From NCBI RefSeq assembly GCF_039654945.1, contig NW_027361806.1:3596001-3660000 (forward strand): a DNA stretch of 64,000 nt, read 5' to 3'. The notes below the pieces were generated by a model. It saw nothing but the letters and a program-made list of their open reading frames with translations. It did no database searches and was not told the origin of the DNA. The stretch comes from Dendrobates tinctorius (Eukaryota). This document shows positions 1-12,020 of this stretch, piece by piece (positions within the stretch are counted from its first letter, which is position 1; the number at the start of each line of letters is the position of its first letter). A program made the position numbers and the translations under genes.

Positions 1-846
1 TTTATATATAACATCTGCTGCTGAGCTTTATACATAACATCTCCTGCTGAGCTTTATATATAACATCTGCTGCTGAGCTTTATATATAACATCTGCTACT
101 GCAGTGCTTTATACATAACATCTGCTGCTGAGCTTTATACAGTATATAACATCTGCTGCAGTGCTTTATACATAACATCTGCTGCTGAGCTTTATACATA
201 ACATCTGCTGCTGCAGTGCTTTATACATAACATCTCCTGCCGAGCTTTATATATAACATCTGCTGCTGAGCTTTATATATAACATCTGCTACTGCAGTGC
301 TTTATACATAACATCTGCTGCTGAGCTTTATATATAACATCTGCTGCTGCAGTGCTTTATACATAACATCTGCTGCTGCAGTGCTTTATATTTAAGTTCT
401 GCTGCTGCAGTACCTTATAACATCTGCTGCTGAGCTTTATATATAACATCTGCTGCTGCAGTGCTTTATATTTAAGTTCTGCTGCTGCAGTGCTTTATAC
501 GTAACATCTGCTGCTGAGCTTTATAAGTAACATCTGCTGCTGCAGTGCTATGTAACATCTGCAGTAGAAGTGCTTTATATGTAAGATCTGCTGCTGCAGT
601 GCTCTATTAGATTTGCTGCTGCGGTGCTTTATATTTAACATCTGCTGCAGTGCTTTATATTTAAGATTTGCTGCTACTGTGCTTTATATGTAACATTTGC
701 TACTGTGGAGCTTTATATGTAACACCTGCTGCATCTGTGCTTTATATGTAACATTTGCTGCTGCAGTGCTTTATCTGTAACATCTGCTGCGGTGCCACAT
801 GTGTAACTGCTGCTGAGCTTTATATCTAATGTCTGCTGCTGCGGTG
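1..846. repeat. Minisatellite A (~26-31 bp unit TTTATATATAACATCTGCTGCTG(CAGT)GC), left part
   Basis: Tandem degenerate units run from base 1 to the LTR insertion point. The same array resumes at 2184. Confidence 0.92.
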
Positions 847-2183
847 TGGGTGGCCCTCCCAGGGCCACGGGGTTACTCGGTATCGGGTCGGTGTCAGCGG
901 GATGTGTCACAGCATCAGTGACCCGGTCCGTGGCCCTGGGCGCCCAATTAATAGGGGGGATTGAATGATGGAATGTAGTTAATGGAATAGTTCATGACGC
1001 CACCTGTGGTGTTCGGGAAGTGAGATGTTGAGCCGACGCTGCGTGCAGATCCTCTGGGGCTGGTGGTGTGTTGCAGCCAAGATGGTGAAGCTCCCCACAG
1101 GTGGAGCTGTAGCCCCAGGGTAGTGTAGATGTAGGGGTAGAGGAGAGGCATAGGCGGTGTAGAAGCTGGTACCCAGATGTAGCGGTGCTGGGGGTGTTGG
1201 CGCAGGAATCAATGGAGGACACCAGGGGCTTGTAGTTCCAAAGCTTTACTCACAGTCTGTAGTACACACAGGTGCGTGCCTCCGTGCTGTGTTCTCCGGG
1301 TCAGGGACTCAATCAACCTCCAGGCCAGATGGAATGCTCCCTTCCAACACTCCGCCAACATGTGCCTTTCTGAATGTCTCCTCTTATAGCGCCTTTAAGT
1401 CTGAAGTACTCCTAGTACTGAGTTACACTGGAGTTCCTCCTGACAGATGTTGCCAAGAACTCTACTTGTACGGCAGACAGCTGTAGCCTGCTTCCGGGAC
1501 TCCTTACTCCTGAGTCCCGGCTCACTATCAATGTTGCTGTTGTGCTCCCAAGTCTTAGATGGGAGTAGTGCATTTACAGCCCACTACTCCACCGGTGTCT
1601 GCTGTAGGACCATTAGTATCCATACAACCTCGGGGACCGGGCCCCGGCCTTGCGCTTAGAACTTCTAGGCAGGGTTCTTCCTCTAACCCACGTCCTCTGT
1701 TCCCTTTTACTCCTACGTTCCTTACTAGTCTTTCCTTCTTATGGAAGATCAGGCTTCAGTTCAATGTCTTTCTCCTTCTTTCTTTTCCCGCACCAGCAGA
1801 CCCAGGTCACTGAGATCTGCTGCAGCACCTCCTTCCTCCAACCCTCTCTCAGGGATCTTCTTTCCTCACTCCTCTCTGAGTGACTCTCTGACTGACTGAC
1901 CGACTGACTGACTGACTTCAAAACCTAACCCTTCCCGCTCTTTTATGTATTCTAACTCCACCCGCCTCCCAGCACGTTTCGTGTTCCAAGCAGGGAGCCA
2001 CCAAAGGTGCTCTGCTACACTCCAAGCAGGGAGCCACAATGTGGCTTTGCTGAACTACTGTGTTGTGTGGGATGCAGGTGTTGGAGCGTGGTTAGGAGCC
2101 TCCAACTTACCTGGATGGTGGGGCACCACACCTCAGGAGGAGGTGCAGTACCTCTGTGGCGACTGAGCCTCAGGGGCGCCACA
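847..2183 (-). mobile_element. Solo LTR (Ty3/Gypsy-like, 4-bp TSD), family X copy 1
   Basis: TG...CA termini; GGTG duplicated at 843-846 and 2184-2187. Removing the element restores the minisatellite unit GCTGCGGTGCTT. It is homologous along its length to 52590-53852 (opposite strand). No coding domains. Confidence 0.8.
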
Positions 2184-2520
2184 GGTGCTTCATATGTAAC
2201 ATCTGCTGCTGTGCTTTATATGTAACATCTGCTGCTGTGCCACATGTGTAACTGCTGCTGCAGTGCTTTATATGTAACATCTGCAGTGCTTTATATATAA
2301 CATCTGCTGCAGTGCTTTATATGTAACATCTGCTGCTGTGCTTTATATGTAACATCTGCAGTGCTTTATATGTAACATCTGCTGCTGTGCCACATGTGTA
2401 ACTGCTGCTGCTGCTGCAGTGCTTTATATGTAACATCTGCTGCTGCAGTGCTTTATATGTAACATCTGCGCGGTGCCACATGCGTACCTGCTGCTGTGGT
2501 GCTTTATATATAACATCTGT
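2184..2520. repeat. Minisatellite A, right part
   Basis: Same TATATGTAACATCTGCTGCTG units as 1-846. Confidence 0.9.
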
Positions 2521-3433
2521 TGCCCCAGCTGTATATGGCCTATGATGTCCTTTTTATCGCCCACATTGGAAATCCTGCCTTGTTTAAAGAAAACTTCCAA
2601 AATCCCGGTACTGATTGTCGCGTAATCTGTCACTAGTCTCATTTCTCTCTTTCACTTCCTTTCCTATTGTTTCAGACATAACAGACACGAGCTCTGCTGG
2701 CTGAAATCTCCCGACTCAATATTTCCAAAGGTCATGAAAAAATGGAAATTTATCTGTAACTGATTACACTGTAACAACTACAATGATACTGCAAGTAAGA
2801 CTGAATTCAGACACATTTTCTAGCTCTGGGAAAGTTCAGCGACCACCTATATTCCAGCATTTTAGCTGTGATATTTCCTCAAGGGTTGCGACCCCACAGT
2901 TTATGCTCATCTTCATAAATGGGTATGGCCAGATAGTGCTTGTAAATACAAGTAATTTTGCAATTCACTGTTTCTTAAGCTTGTTGCTTGGGAGACCGAT
3001 CAACGCTGCAGAACATGCGCAGCGCTTACAAGCCTTCTTCTAATGAGCTTGTAAGCATTGTTTTGGAAATGACCAGGATCACTTGAGCGCACTGTTACCT
3101 CCTAATCAGGGCCAATTTCAGAGCATTGCTTACAAGTTAGCCAGCAGTGGTGGTCGGTCTCCTAGGTAATGAGCTGTAAACAAAATAAAAAAAGTGCTAA
3201 TATCTCAAGAACAGCTGCAAATTTTAATTAGTAAATTGCAAAAGTGCTTATTTTTAGAAGCTCTATCTGACAATATCCATCACTGAAGTAGGGAAAGATA
3301 ACCCTTTAAGTCCTAAATGCTGAATCCTTGTTATGTAGTAATAGGGGAGCAAGAGAGTAAGTAACTGGATGTTGAAGCAAATTCCTTGTCTGGGATCTCT
3401 GCAATGAAATGATGCTGTGGCCTATGTGACTTA

Positions 3434-4139
3434 GGCCGGAGTCGCACTAGCGAAAAAAAACGGACGAGTGCAATGTGATAAAAAATCGCATCGCACTCGG
3501 CCCAATGTTAATCTATGGGGCAGCTCCCATCATCCGATTTTTTCTCGGCCGCTTTAATCCGTCTGAGAAAATCGCAGCATGCTGCGATTGTCACCGATTA
3601 TCGGATCGGACTCGCCAATGCAAGTCTATGGGTGCGAGAAAAAATCGGATTACACACGGACCGTGCGTGTGACTTGCGAGAAATACGCACCCGGTGTCCT
3701 TTACAAAAGCCGGCAATTCAGTGCTCAATACAGTAAAATCACACTGACATGTTTAATAAAGAAGCGAAAGAATAGATATATACATGTTATTGAGACACAT
3801 ATATATATTAAATTAATATTTCATAGAGATCTACATAGCAGAATAGCCTCTAAATCAATTGCTTTCCCCCAACTGCGGGCAAAGCCTAAAAGCTTTACTG
3901 CGCATGCGCCGGTTAACTATGACCCGGAAGTATTTCGTTGGGCAAAGCATACTACGTGTGCGCGAGGCAAGATTGCATTGCACACGTGCGGACTATGGCG
4001 TACACCTACTCAAATTCCAGAAAATATTACAGAAGGCGGCCAAGGATGGGGAGGAGGAATGGATAGCAAACACCGCCCATCGGACCGGACAGGAGTCATT
4101 TAAATAGCCCGCCAAATTCAGGTGACAGATTCCCTTTAA
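3434..4139. mobile_element. Composite of MITE remnants (Harbinger-like left end, Kolobok/T2-like right end)
   Basis: TTA|GGCCGGAGTCGCACT start resembles the other TWA-flanked MITE ends in the window; ...GGTGACAGATTCCCT|TTAA end. The partner ends were not found. Confidence 0.4.
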
Positions 4140-4704
4140 TTTAAGGGGTTAATTCGTTGAAAAAAAATGTGTGAGCTCCGGCGGCAAAATCGCAACCAGA
4201 GAGGTAAAGCAGGTGAGTGAGGGCAGATTTTAATAGCCTTGAGTGGGACCATTGTTTTTGGCCCCCCTGGCTACAAAAATCTGCCTCCAGACACCCCAGA
4301 AAAGGCGTATTTATAAGATGCGCCTTTTCTGGCACTTATCCTTTCTATTCCCATTGCCTTGTAGCGGTGACTAATGGGTTAATAAGAAAGGGTTAATGTC
4401 ACCTTGCTATTGGAAGGTGACATTAAGCCGATTAATAATGGAGAGGTGTTAATAAGACACCTATCCATTATTAACCCTAGACTATTAAAGGGTTAAAAAA
4501 CACACACAGACATTAATTAAAAATTCTTTTATTGAAATAAAGACACCAAGTTTTTGACCATATTTATTCCTCTGCTAATACTTAAATAAACCATCGACCT
4601 GTAAAAAAAAATACAACAAAAAAGCAAAAATATCCTTACCTCTCCGCTGGTCAGTCAGGTCCCCTGCTGCAATCCATCAGAAAGGGTTAACTGGTTTACA
4701 ATGG

Positions 4705-5123
4705 GACCGGTGCTAATGCAACCAGGCCGCTGTAAACCACTGCCAGAATGAATTATTTAATCTCTGCGCAGCCTCCTTGGCTGCCCGGAGATGAACCAAT
4801 GAGCGTGGGAAAGTTTCTGCACGTGACGCTCTCTGGGGACACAACGACAACCTGAAAGGCCGTATAACACAGACGACGATTGCATCACAGTGCTTGGACT
4901 GGCCGGCAGCTCTCGACCGGTGGTAATGCAACCAGCCCGCTGTAAATCACTGCCAGAATGAATTATTTCATCTCTGCACAGCCTCCCTGGCTGCCCGGAG
5001 ATGAACCAATGAGCGTGGGAAAGTTTCTGCACGTGACGCTCTCTGGGGACACAACGATCACCTGAAGGGCCGTATAACACAGACGACGATCGCATCACAG
5101 TGCTTGTACTGGCCGGCAGCTCT
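4705..5123. repeat. Two-copy 210-bp tandem duplication inside a non-autonomous DNA element
   Basis: TAATGCAACCAG...GGCCGGCAGCTCTC starts at 4715 and again at 4925, with few substitutions. Confidence 0.85.
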
Positions 5124-5374
5124 CTAGATCCGCATGTGACAGCTGCACAGAACCACCGGCCAGTCCGAGAGATGCGATGCGATTGTCGTCCGTGTTATAT
5201 GGCCGTCAGACTGCTCCCTTACTATCATTCTCCCATTGTGTAGGCCCTCAGGAGCAGATAATTTAAAGAGCCCCAATTGACTTGTATACCGTTTATCAGG
5301 CCTCATTATTTGCCTCTAGCAAACTCCTGACTTTTCAGCTGTTCTCCACTCATGGTCATACATCTTATATGGCC

Positions 5375-6506
5375 AAAATCACAAAATGGCCCAGTATATG
5401 ATACAATCTATATACACCACAGAAACCAATTCTAACTTTTGTGGTAACAACATAACAAACGTTGACCCCACACAATGATGTATATATCTTTAAAATTTTT
5501 TACATTTTATTAGACATAAAAATACGACATTACATACAAATACACACAGTAGAAGTGCTGGAACACAAAATAGAAAAGGGACTACAGTCCATGGAATCCC
5601 ACATTGCGGCATCAGAAATAACCACCCACCAAAGTGGGGTTATACAAGAGGGACAAAAGCCACTATCATTATTATCAAAATCAGATTACATGTATTAGAA
5701 TACAACGTTGTAATTATTTGTATGGTTGCGCAAAAACCGCAGTTAATTAAGACCAAATTGCCCACAGTAAAGTATCAAACTACAAGAAATAGGCCATAAA
5801 CACCACAGTAAGGCATGAACCCTGTAGTGCCCCCTATAGCATAACCCCCATCGGGGGCCAGTTATACATACATAAATAATGGCTAGACTGTTCCATACCA
5901 GAATGTGCCAGTGGAGATGCCTGGACGTCCCTCTGCCCCGACGCGTGTTTCGCGCGTTTCTCACGAAGAAGCAGTGCGAAACGCGCGTCGGGGCAGAGGG
6001 ACGTCCAGGCATCTCCACTGGCACATTCTGGTATGGAACAGTCTAGCCATTATTTATGTATGTATAACTGGCCCCCGATGGGGGTTATGCTATAGGGGGC
6101 ACTACAGGGTTCATGCCTTACTGTGGTGTTTATGGCCTATTTCTTGTAGTTTGATACTTTACTGTGGGCAATTTGGTCTTAATTAACTGCGGTTTTTGCG
6201 CAACCATACAAATAATTACAACGTTGTATTCTAATACATGTAATCTGATTTTGATAATAATGATATAATGATAGTGGCTTTTGTCCCTCTTGTATAACCC
6301 CACTTTGGTGGGTGGTTATTTCTGATGCCGCAATGTGGGATTACATGGACTGTAGTCCCTTTTCTATTTTGTGTTCCAGCACTTCTACTGTGTGTATTTG
6401 TATGTAATGTCGTATTTTTATGTCTAATAAAATTTAAAAAATTTTAAAGATATATACATCATTGTGTGGGGTCAACGTTTGTTATGTTGTTACCACAAAA
6501 GTTAGA
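5375..6506. mobile_element. Fold-back (inverted pseudo-LTR) Penelope-like insertion with 13-bp TSD
   Basis: Arms of ~525 bp (about 5430-5953 vs 5976-6508) are near-perfect reverse complements. ATCTTATATGGCC is duplicated at 5362-5374 and 6507-6519. The centre carries a hammerhead-type GAAGAAGC..GCGAAACGCGCGTC remnant. Confidence 0.75.
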
Positions 6507-6946
6507 ATCTTATATGGCCGTCAGATGAAGGTGCTTGTATTGTGGAGGAAATAAATCAGGATCTGCCCCACAACCCTGAGCCGGGGTCTGGATCATATTT
6601 ATCTAAGGTGTATGGTCATCTTAACCTATGAACTATTGGTTTAGTATTATTTTAAGCTCCTGCAATGAGAGTTTTATGCTGTGTTTTTTGCGCAGTGTCT
6701 TGAAAATTCCAGCAAAGTGGATGGGATTTATAGATATCTAATCCTCGCTGTTCTTTTTTGTTATTCAGCGTAACCACTTAAAAGCACAACATAACAAAAA
6801 GACAAAAATGCAGCGTCCAAAAAGCTTGTAAAACAGCAAATGTAAGAAGAGAAGGAAGATCCGGCACTGAAGACTTGATAAAATCCACAGGAAACTTTAT
6901 TCACATATTTTCATAATAAAAACAGAAAGGGGAGGAAGACCCCCAC

Positions 6947-6990
6947 GCCTTACGCGTTTCGAACCCCACAACAGGTTCTTCTTCAGAGGC
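6947..6990 (-). ncRNA. Minimal type I hammerhead ribozyme of the PLE 3' region
   Basis: The minus strand reads GCCT CTGAAGA A GAACC-loop-GGTTC GAAAC GC GTA AGGC. It has the CUGANGA and GAAA cores, stem II, a palindromic short stem III, a GUA cleavage triplet and stem I GCCU/AGGC (extendable by wobble pairs). Confidence 0.8.
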
Positions 6991-7542
6991 ATAAAACAAA
7001 ATAAATTGCAAACAAGTTATAAACATTCTCAACCAACCGAGAGACTCCGCACATGTGTATAATCAAGGAGGCAGGCAATTAAACCCTCAGATTACTGGTG
7101 AAGTCACTCCCTTGCTTGAAAAGACACCTGAACACCAATAGAAAAAAACACATAAAATATACAAAAATATGTATGCATTACGTACGTATAAACATGCAAA
7201 TACATGACAAATTACAGATAACACATTAATCTTATTCATAATACATAGAAATCCACAATCCTCAAAAGAAAGAGAGAAAAAAAGAAAACACAAAATAAAA
7301 AAAAAAACCTCAGTGCTCAATAAAAATACATGAGATTATTGCTATAGTATCCAGAACGCTTCCCGACAATGTAGTAAATGTTCCCAGTCACCCCCTCTGG
7401 GGGGTTTCGCTACCCGTTCTATTCCCTTTACTTTGAGACTACGTAAATTGCCCCCATGTATTTCTAAAAAAATGTTTAGATAAACCAGACACATTCTTGC
7501 GACTGGACATGGACTCTGGATTAGAGGCAGTAATGTGCTCAC

Positions 7543-7727
7543 TTAATTTCCTCTGTCACCAAATCCGCAGGGGGAAAACCGCGATGGAAAACCGCACAAA
7601 AACCGCAAGAAAACCGCATGAAAAATGGAAGAAATCCGCAGGAAAAATGAAGGTCATTTGACCTGCGGATTTCTTCCATTCTGCGCGGAAAAATCCGCAG
7701 GGCCATAAAGTCCGTCTGCACTCAGCC
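7543..7727. mobile_element. Right half of a Harbinger-type MITE inside the PLE
   Basis: AAATCCGCAG/AAAACCGC motifs and a ...GCACTCAGCC|TAA end, similar to the MITE at 55724-56051. It coincides with loss of PLE sequence between the RT thumb and the endonuclease. Confidence 0.55.
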
Positions 7728-8000
7728 TAAAGAGCATCATTAGAACACGTTCTCTTGGCACGGATTAGTTCACCCAACGGTAAATTACGTATCACATGTG
7801 GCGGGTGACAACTCTCCGCATGCAATATAGCATTGCCACTAGTTTCCTTTCTAAATATGGAGGTATATATATTCCCCGTGTTAACATCTCCTGTAAGTTT
7901 AACATCAAGAAATGTGGCACAAGCACCATGTACGAGTATTTCATAGGTGAACCTGATATTTAAGGTGTTATTTCCAATGTAACTGAAAAAATCAAGCATG

Positions 8001-9711
8001 CCAGGAGAGGGAGATACAGGGGAAGAGTCTTGAGGAGATCATTTGCATATTCCCAGTGCCTTCTGGGATAAGTGAAGAGTCTCCGCGAGCTCAACGATCA
8101 CTGGGTTTTGGCCGTTGCAGCTGAAAAGAGGAAATCGGAAAAACCGGGGCTCATCTTTCATCGTTTTTAAGAAATCTCAAGATGGAAGAGGCCAGGAGCC
8201 ATTTGGTGAGCTGCATTTCTTGCTACATGTTCACAGATTTACCAGTGGAAAAGCCAAACTTCACATGCCACAAATGCAAGCTTGTGACCCTGTTGGAGGA
8301 AAAGTTGCAAAATCTCGAAGAGAGGTTAGCTACGTTGAAGATCATTAAGGAAGGTGAAGAGTTCTTGGACAGAGCAGAATTATCTCTTCATGTTACAGAA
8401 AGAGAAGAAATTCGAAGTGCACCTGAAGAAACAGAGGAATGGAGACATGTGACCCAGAGAAGCAGGAGGATCAGGAGGCAGTCAGCACCCATACTGCTCA
8501 GAAACCAGTACCAGGCTCTCACGCAGGAAAACGATGAAGAAATACATCAGGATAAGACTTTGCCAACAAACAGCAACCTTGTACGCCCTCAGAGTCCTCC
8601 TGGATGGAGAAAGAAAAATGTGAAGAAGAAACGGAGAGTGGTGGTCATGGGGGATTCCCTGTTGAGAGGAACAGAGGCCGCTATCTGCAGACCGGATATA
8701 ACTTCAAGAGAAATGTGCTGTCTTCCAGGTGCAAAAATTAAAGATGTGTCTGACAGGATATCAGGACTCTTCAGACCTACAGATGACTACTCATTCCTGC
8801 TACTACATGTGGGGACAAATGACACCGCAAGAAACGACCTGGAAACCATCTGCAGAGACTTTGAAGACTTAGGCAAGAAAGTGAAAGAACTGGGAGCGCA
8901 GGTGGTCTTCTCTTCCATCCTCCCAGTGGATGGCCATGGAACAAGGAGGTGGAATAAGATTCTGCAGGTGAACAACTGGCTACGTCGATGGTGCCGTCAG
9001 CAACGATTTGGATTTCTGGATCACGGAGTGAATTACCTATACGATGGACTACTTGCTAGAGATGGGGTGCACCTTACGAAGACTGGAAAGCAGGTATTTG
9101 TAAGTCGCCTTGCTACACTTGTAAGGAGAGCTTTAAACTAGAACAACATGGGAAGGGAAGCAAAAGACCAGAAAAAGCCATACACCTGACAAATGCTATT
9201 GAGAACTCTGCTATTAGAAGTGGAAAGGAAGAACAAAGACGAAAGAATCTAATTAATAAAAATATTGGAGAAAGAGAAACCAATCACAAACTAAAATGTT
9301 TCTATACTAATGCACAAAGCATGGGCAACAAACAAGGAGAATTGGAACTACTAACACAGGAAAAGAAATATGATGTCATTGGAATCACTGAAACTTGGTG
9401 GGACAATACACATGATTGGAATACAAGACTAGAAGGATACAACTTATTTGCAAGAAAGGGATGAAACTGAATGGGAGGAGACACAGATTAGATATTAGAA
9501 AAAACTTTTTGACTGTTAGAGTGATCTATGAGTGGAACAGGCTGCCACGAGAAGTGGTGAGTTCTCCTTCAATGGAAGTCTTCAAACAGAGGCTGGACAG
9601 ACATCTGACTGGGATGATTTAGCGAATCCTGCTTTGAGCAGGGGGTTGGACCAGATGGCCCAGGAGGTCCCTTCCAACTCTACGATTCTATGATTCTATG
9701 ATTCTATGATT
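8001..9711 (+). mobile_element. CR1 LINE with intact ORF1 and internally deleted ORF2
   Basis: 5' UTR, then ORF1, then the ORF2 N-terminus (KCFYTNAQSMGNK..DVIGITETWWD..EGYNLF) joined directly to the ORF2 C-terminus (RKNFLTVRV..WNRLP..FKQRLD), then a CR1 3' UTR and (ATTCTATG)n tail at ~9685-9711. Confidence 0.92.
8182..9141 (+). CDS. CR1 ORF1 protein: CxxC/CxxC zinc finger, coiled coil, SGNH esterase
   Basis: Open 319-aa ORF containing CISC..CHKC, a heptad segment, and the esterase blocks VMGDSLLRG, PGAKI, HVGTND and DGVHL. Confidence 0.88.
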   Translation: MEEARSHLVSCISCYMFTDLPVEKPNFTCHKCKLVTLLEEKLQNLEERLATLKIIKEGEEFLDRAELSLHVTEREEIRSAPEETEEWRHVTQRSRRIRRQSAPILLRNQYQALTQENDEEIHQDKTLPTNSNLVRPQSPPGWRKKNVKKKRRVVVMGDSLLRGTEAAICRPDITSREMCCLPGAKIKDVSDRISGLFRPTDDYSFLLLHVGTNDTARNDLETICRDFEDLGKKVKELGAQVVFSSILPVDGHGTRRWNKILQVNNWLRRWCRQQRFGFLDHGVNYLYDGLLARDGVHLTKTGKQVFVSRLATLVRRALN

Positions 9712-10568
9712 GCTGCAACCGAACCATAACATTATCACGTCATCAATGTATCTCCCCCACCACAGAACATTATCCAAAAAGGGATTATCCATAGTATATA
9801 TGTATTTATTTTACCAAAAGGACATATATAAATTGGCTAAAGTAGGAGAAAATTTACACCCCATCGGGCAACCACACACCTGAAGATAATACTGAGTATC
9901 AAATTTAAAAAAATTTGTGCTCAAAAGATGTTGCAATGCCATGATAATGAATCTTTTAAGATCAGAACTGAAATTGCTTCTCTCAGTCAGAATAGTGGAG
10001 ACAGCAGATAATGCCAAATCGTGAGGTATACATGAATATAAAGCAACAACATCACATGTTATCCATGACGTTGGTATTGTCAAGTGATTTACCTCAGGGG
10101 AGACCAAGCATCTTGACTTTCCCCCGTTACCCCTGCGTGACCATGAAAACCCCCACCCCTTCATCGGCGCCAACAAAGACACGGACACGAGTATTTTCTT
10201 TGGAATTTTTATGGCCACAGCAGCCTTTTATTAAACCAACAAAAAACAACAGTAAACACTGTATCATAAATAACACATAACACATAAGTACAATGACTTG
10301 AGCACTGAAAGGAGTAGTCCTTGAAGCCACAAGATCATGGTGAAGTAGTCCAAAATACTGTGAACAAACCCTGTCCATTTGCTCCCAGCCGTTACCCCAC
10401 AGGCTCAGGAGCACCAGCACACCAATAGATATTGTCCACGAACTACTTGGAGATCCGCCCACTTCCGACGGAAAACTCCCCATCCACCTTTCACCAGATC
10501 ACGACCAGCATACCTTTTAACGAAGGAGACCCTACACACCGAGTCTCCAAAACCAATTTCCACCGACT

Positions 10569-11035
10569 TCAAGGACTCCCCCCTCCTCCAAAACCGCCAC
10601 AACGAGGGGGCCTTGAACACCTGTTAACGCTGTTAACTTTTATCCTGGCCCGATTAACCTTCTCCAACGATCTCATAGACCGCCAACGCCTGCGTGGCAC
10701 AATCTCAGACCACACAATAGTGACCCCCCGGTACATCAACCACAACCTTAAGCAATCCTGCTTAATGTCCTTGATCAACTCCCAAAAGGGCCGAACCGCC
10801 AGATAGTTACCCCCAGCGTGAATAACGAGAATATCTGGTTCCCAGTCCAACCGGGATCATTCATGGATCTCCGGCAACACCCTTCGCCACACCAGGCCCC
10901 TGAACCCGAGCCACCGCACCACCGTCACGGCCCTGGGAATCCCCAGCTGTCTGGCTTCGTTCCTGACATTGGCTCGCAATGCTCCCCAATAAACAAAGGA
11001 GTGACCAAAAATCCAGACCAGCAGCGGCTCAGCAC
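10569..11035 (-). pseudogene. Ngaro SGNH hydrolase ORF (one in-frame TGA), preceded by a splice acceptor
   Basis: VWIFGHSFVYWGA..VRWLGFRGL..PDILVIHAGGN..IVWSEIVPR. There is no ATG; the frame starts right after TTTTATTGTTTCAG. Confidence 0.8.
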
Positions 11036-11159
11036 CTGAAACAATAAAACGACACTGACAGAAAAATATACTTGCAGCATAAATTTAACGCCAACCCACT
11101 CAAACTTCTGTTCGTCCCATGTTCACGACCAACCAAACCCCCCCTCCCTTTACAAATTA

Positions 11160-12020
11160 AAGTCGAACGTAACTGCGGTACCGATTGGACCTCCACCCCC
11201 CAATGCGCTGTATTAAAGAGGGATCTAAACCACCTCGGTCGCCGCTCCTATCCTGAATAAATGAGAGGCAAAGCGGGAGTCATCTATCCCCAAACACCGA
11301 ATGGATTTTTTAAAAACCGCGCCAAACTGATACCGAGACAAACTGCCCCCGTCTGCGTGGCACAACAAGGAACCACTCAAACTGGGACAAAGCTCCCAAA
11401 AACTCTGCAAGCACTGAACAGGGCACATTAACGAACCAGACACGCCACCCAACACCACCCGGCGGCCTTTCCCGGACTGGTCCGTTTTGGACCGTCGAAG
11501 CCAGAATTCAACCCCCCGTGAGGTCAATACATCCCTGGCTAACAAGCCACCCATCGACTCTTTATTGGGAGACACAAGCTCCCCCACCCGCAAAGCCCCA
11601 AAAAATGCAAACGAGAAGGCCAGGCGAAACAACAAAACCTCATATCGATCCGAACAGACTCCAGAACCCGACCCAATTGCTCCAATAGATTAAAAGATAC
11701 AGGCCGTCTTAAATCATCCCAGCCTCTGAGACGGCGGAAACCTTTTGTCGCCTGTTTGACCAAAAATGTTTTCGTCAAATCCCTGCTCCCGCGCAACCGA
11801 AAACCAAAAGACAAACCCGCTAACAAGCGCGTTACCTTTGCACGGGACCAACCCTCCCTCACACCTTGCCCCAACCAGGACAACAACATTCTCTCCTGAT
11901 CAAGCCTGGCCCAACTGGTTTGGCCGGCCGTAAGGACCTCTTCCCACATCAGCCACACTGCCTGGTAAGCCTCCCAAGTTTTTGGTGCCAGTGACGATTC
12001 AATCAGCGACTCTGCGGCCA
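11160..12020 (-). pseudogene. Ngaro tyrosine recombinase, frameshifted
   Basis: SLAPKTWEAY, FFGALRVGEL, LRRSKTDQSGKG, CPV, SHLFRIGAAT and G.WRSNRYRSYVR motifs. Confidence 0.88.

Noticed and set aside
2676-2730. Possible exon after a strong acceptor TTCCTATTGTTTCAG
   Set aside because: No recognisable protein match, a weak donor, and no partner exons found.
5743-6186. Two near-identical 93-aa ORFs on opposite strands
   Set aside because: Produced by the palindrome; no recognisable domain.
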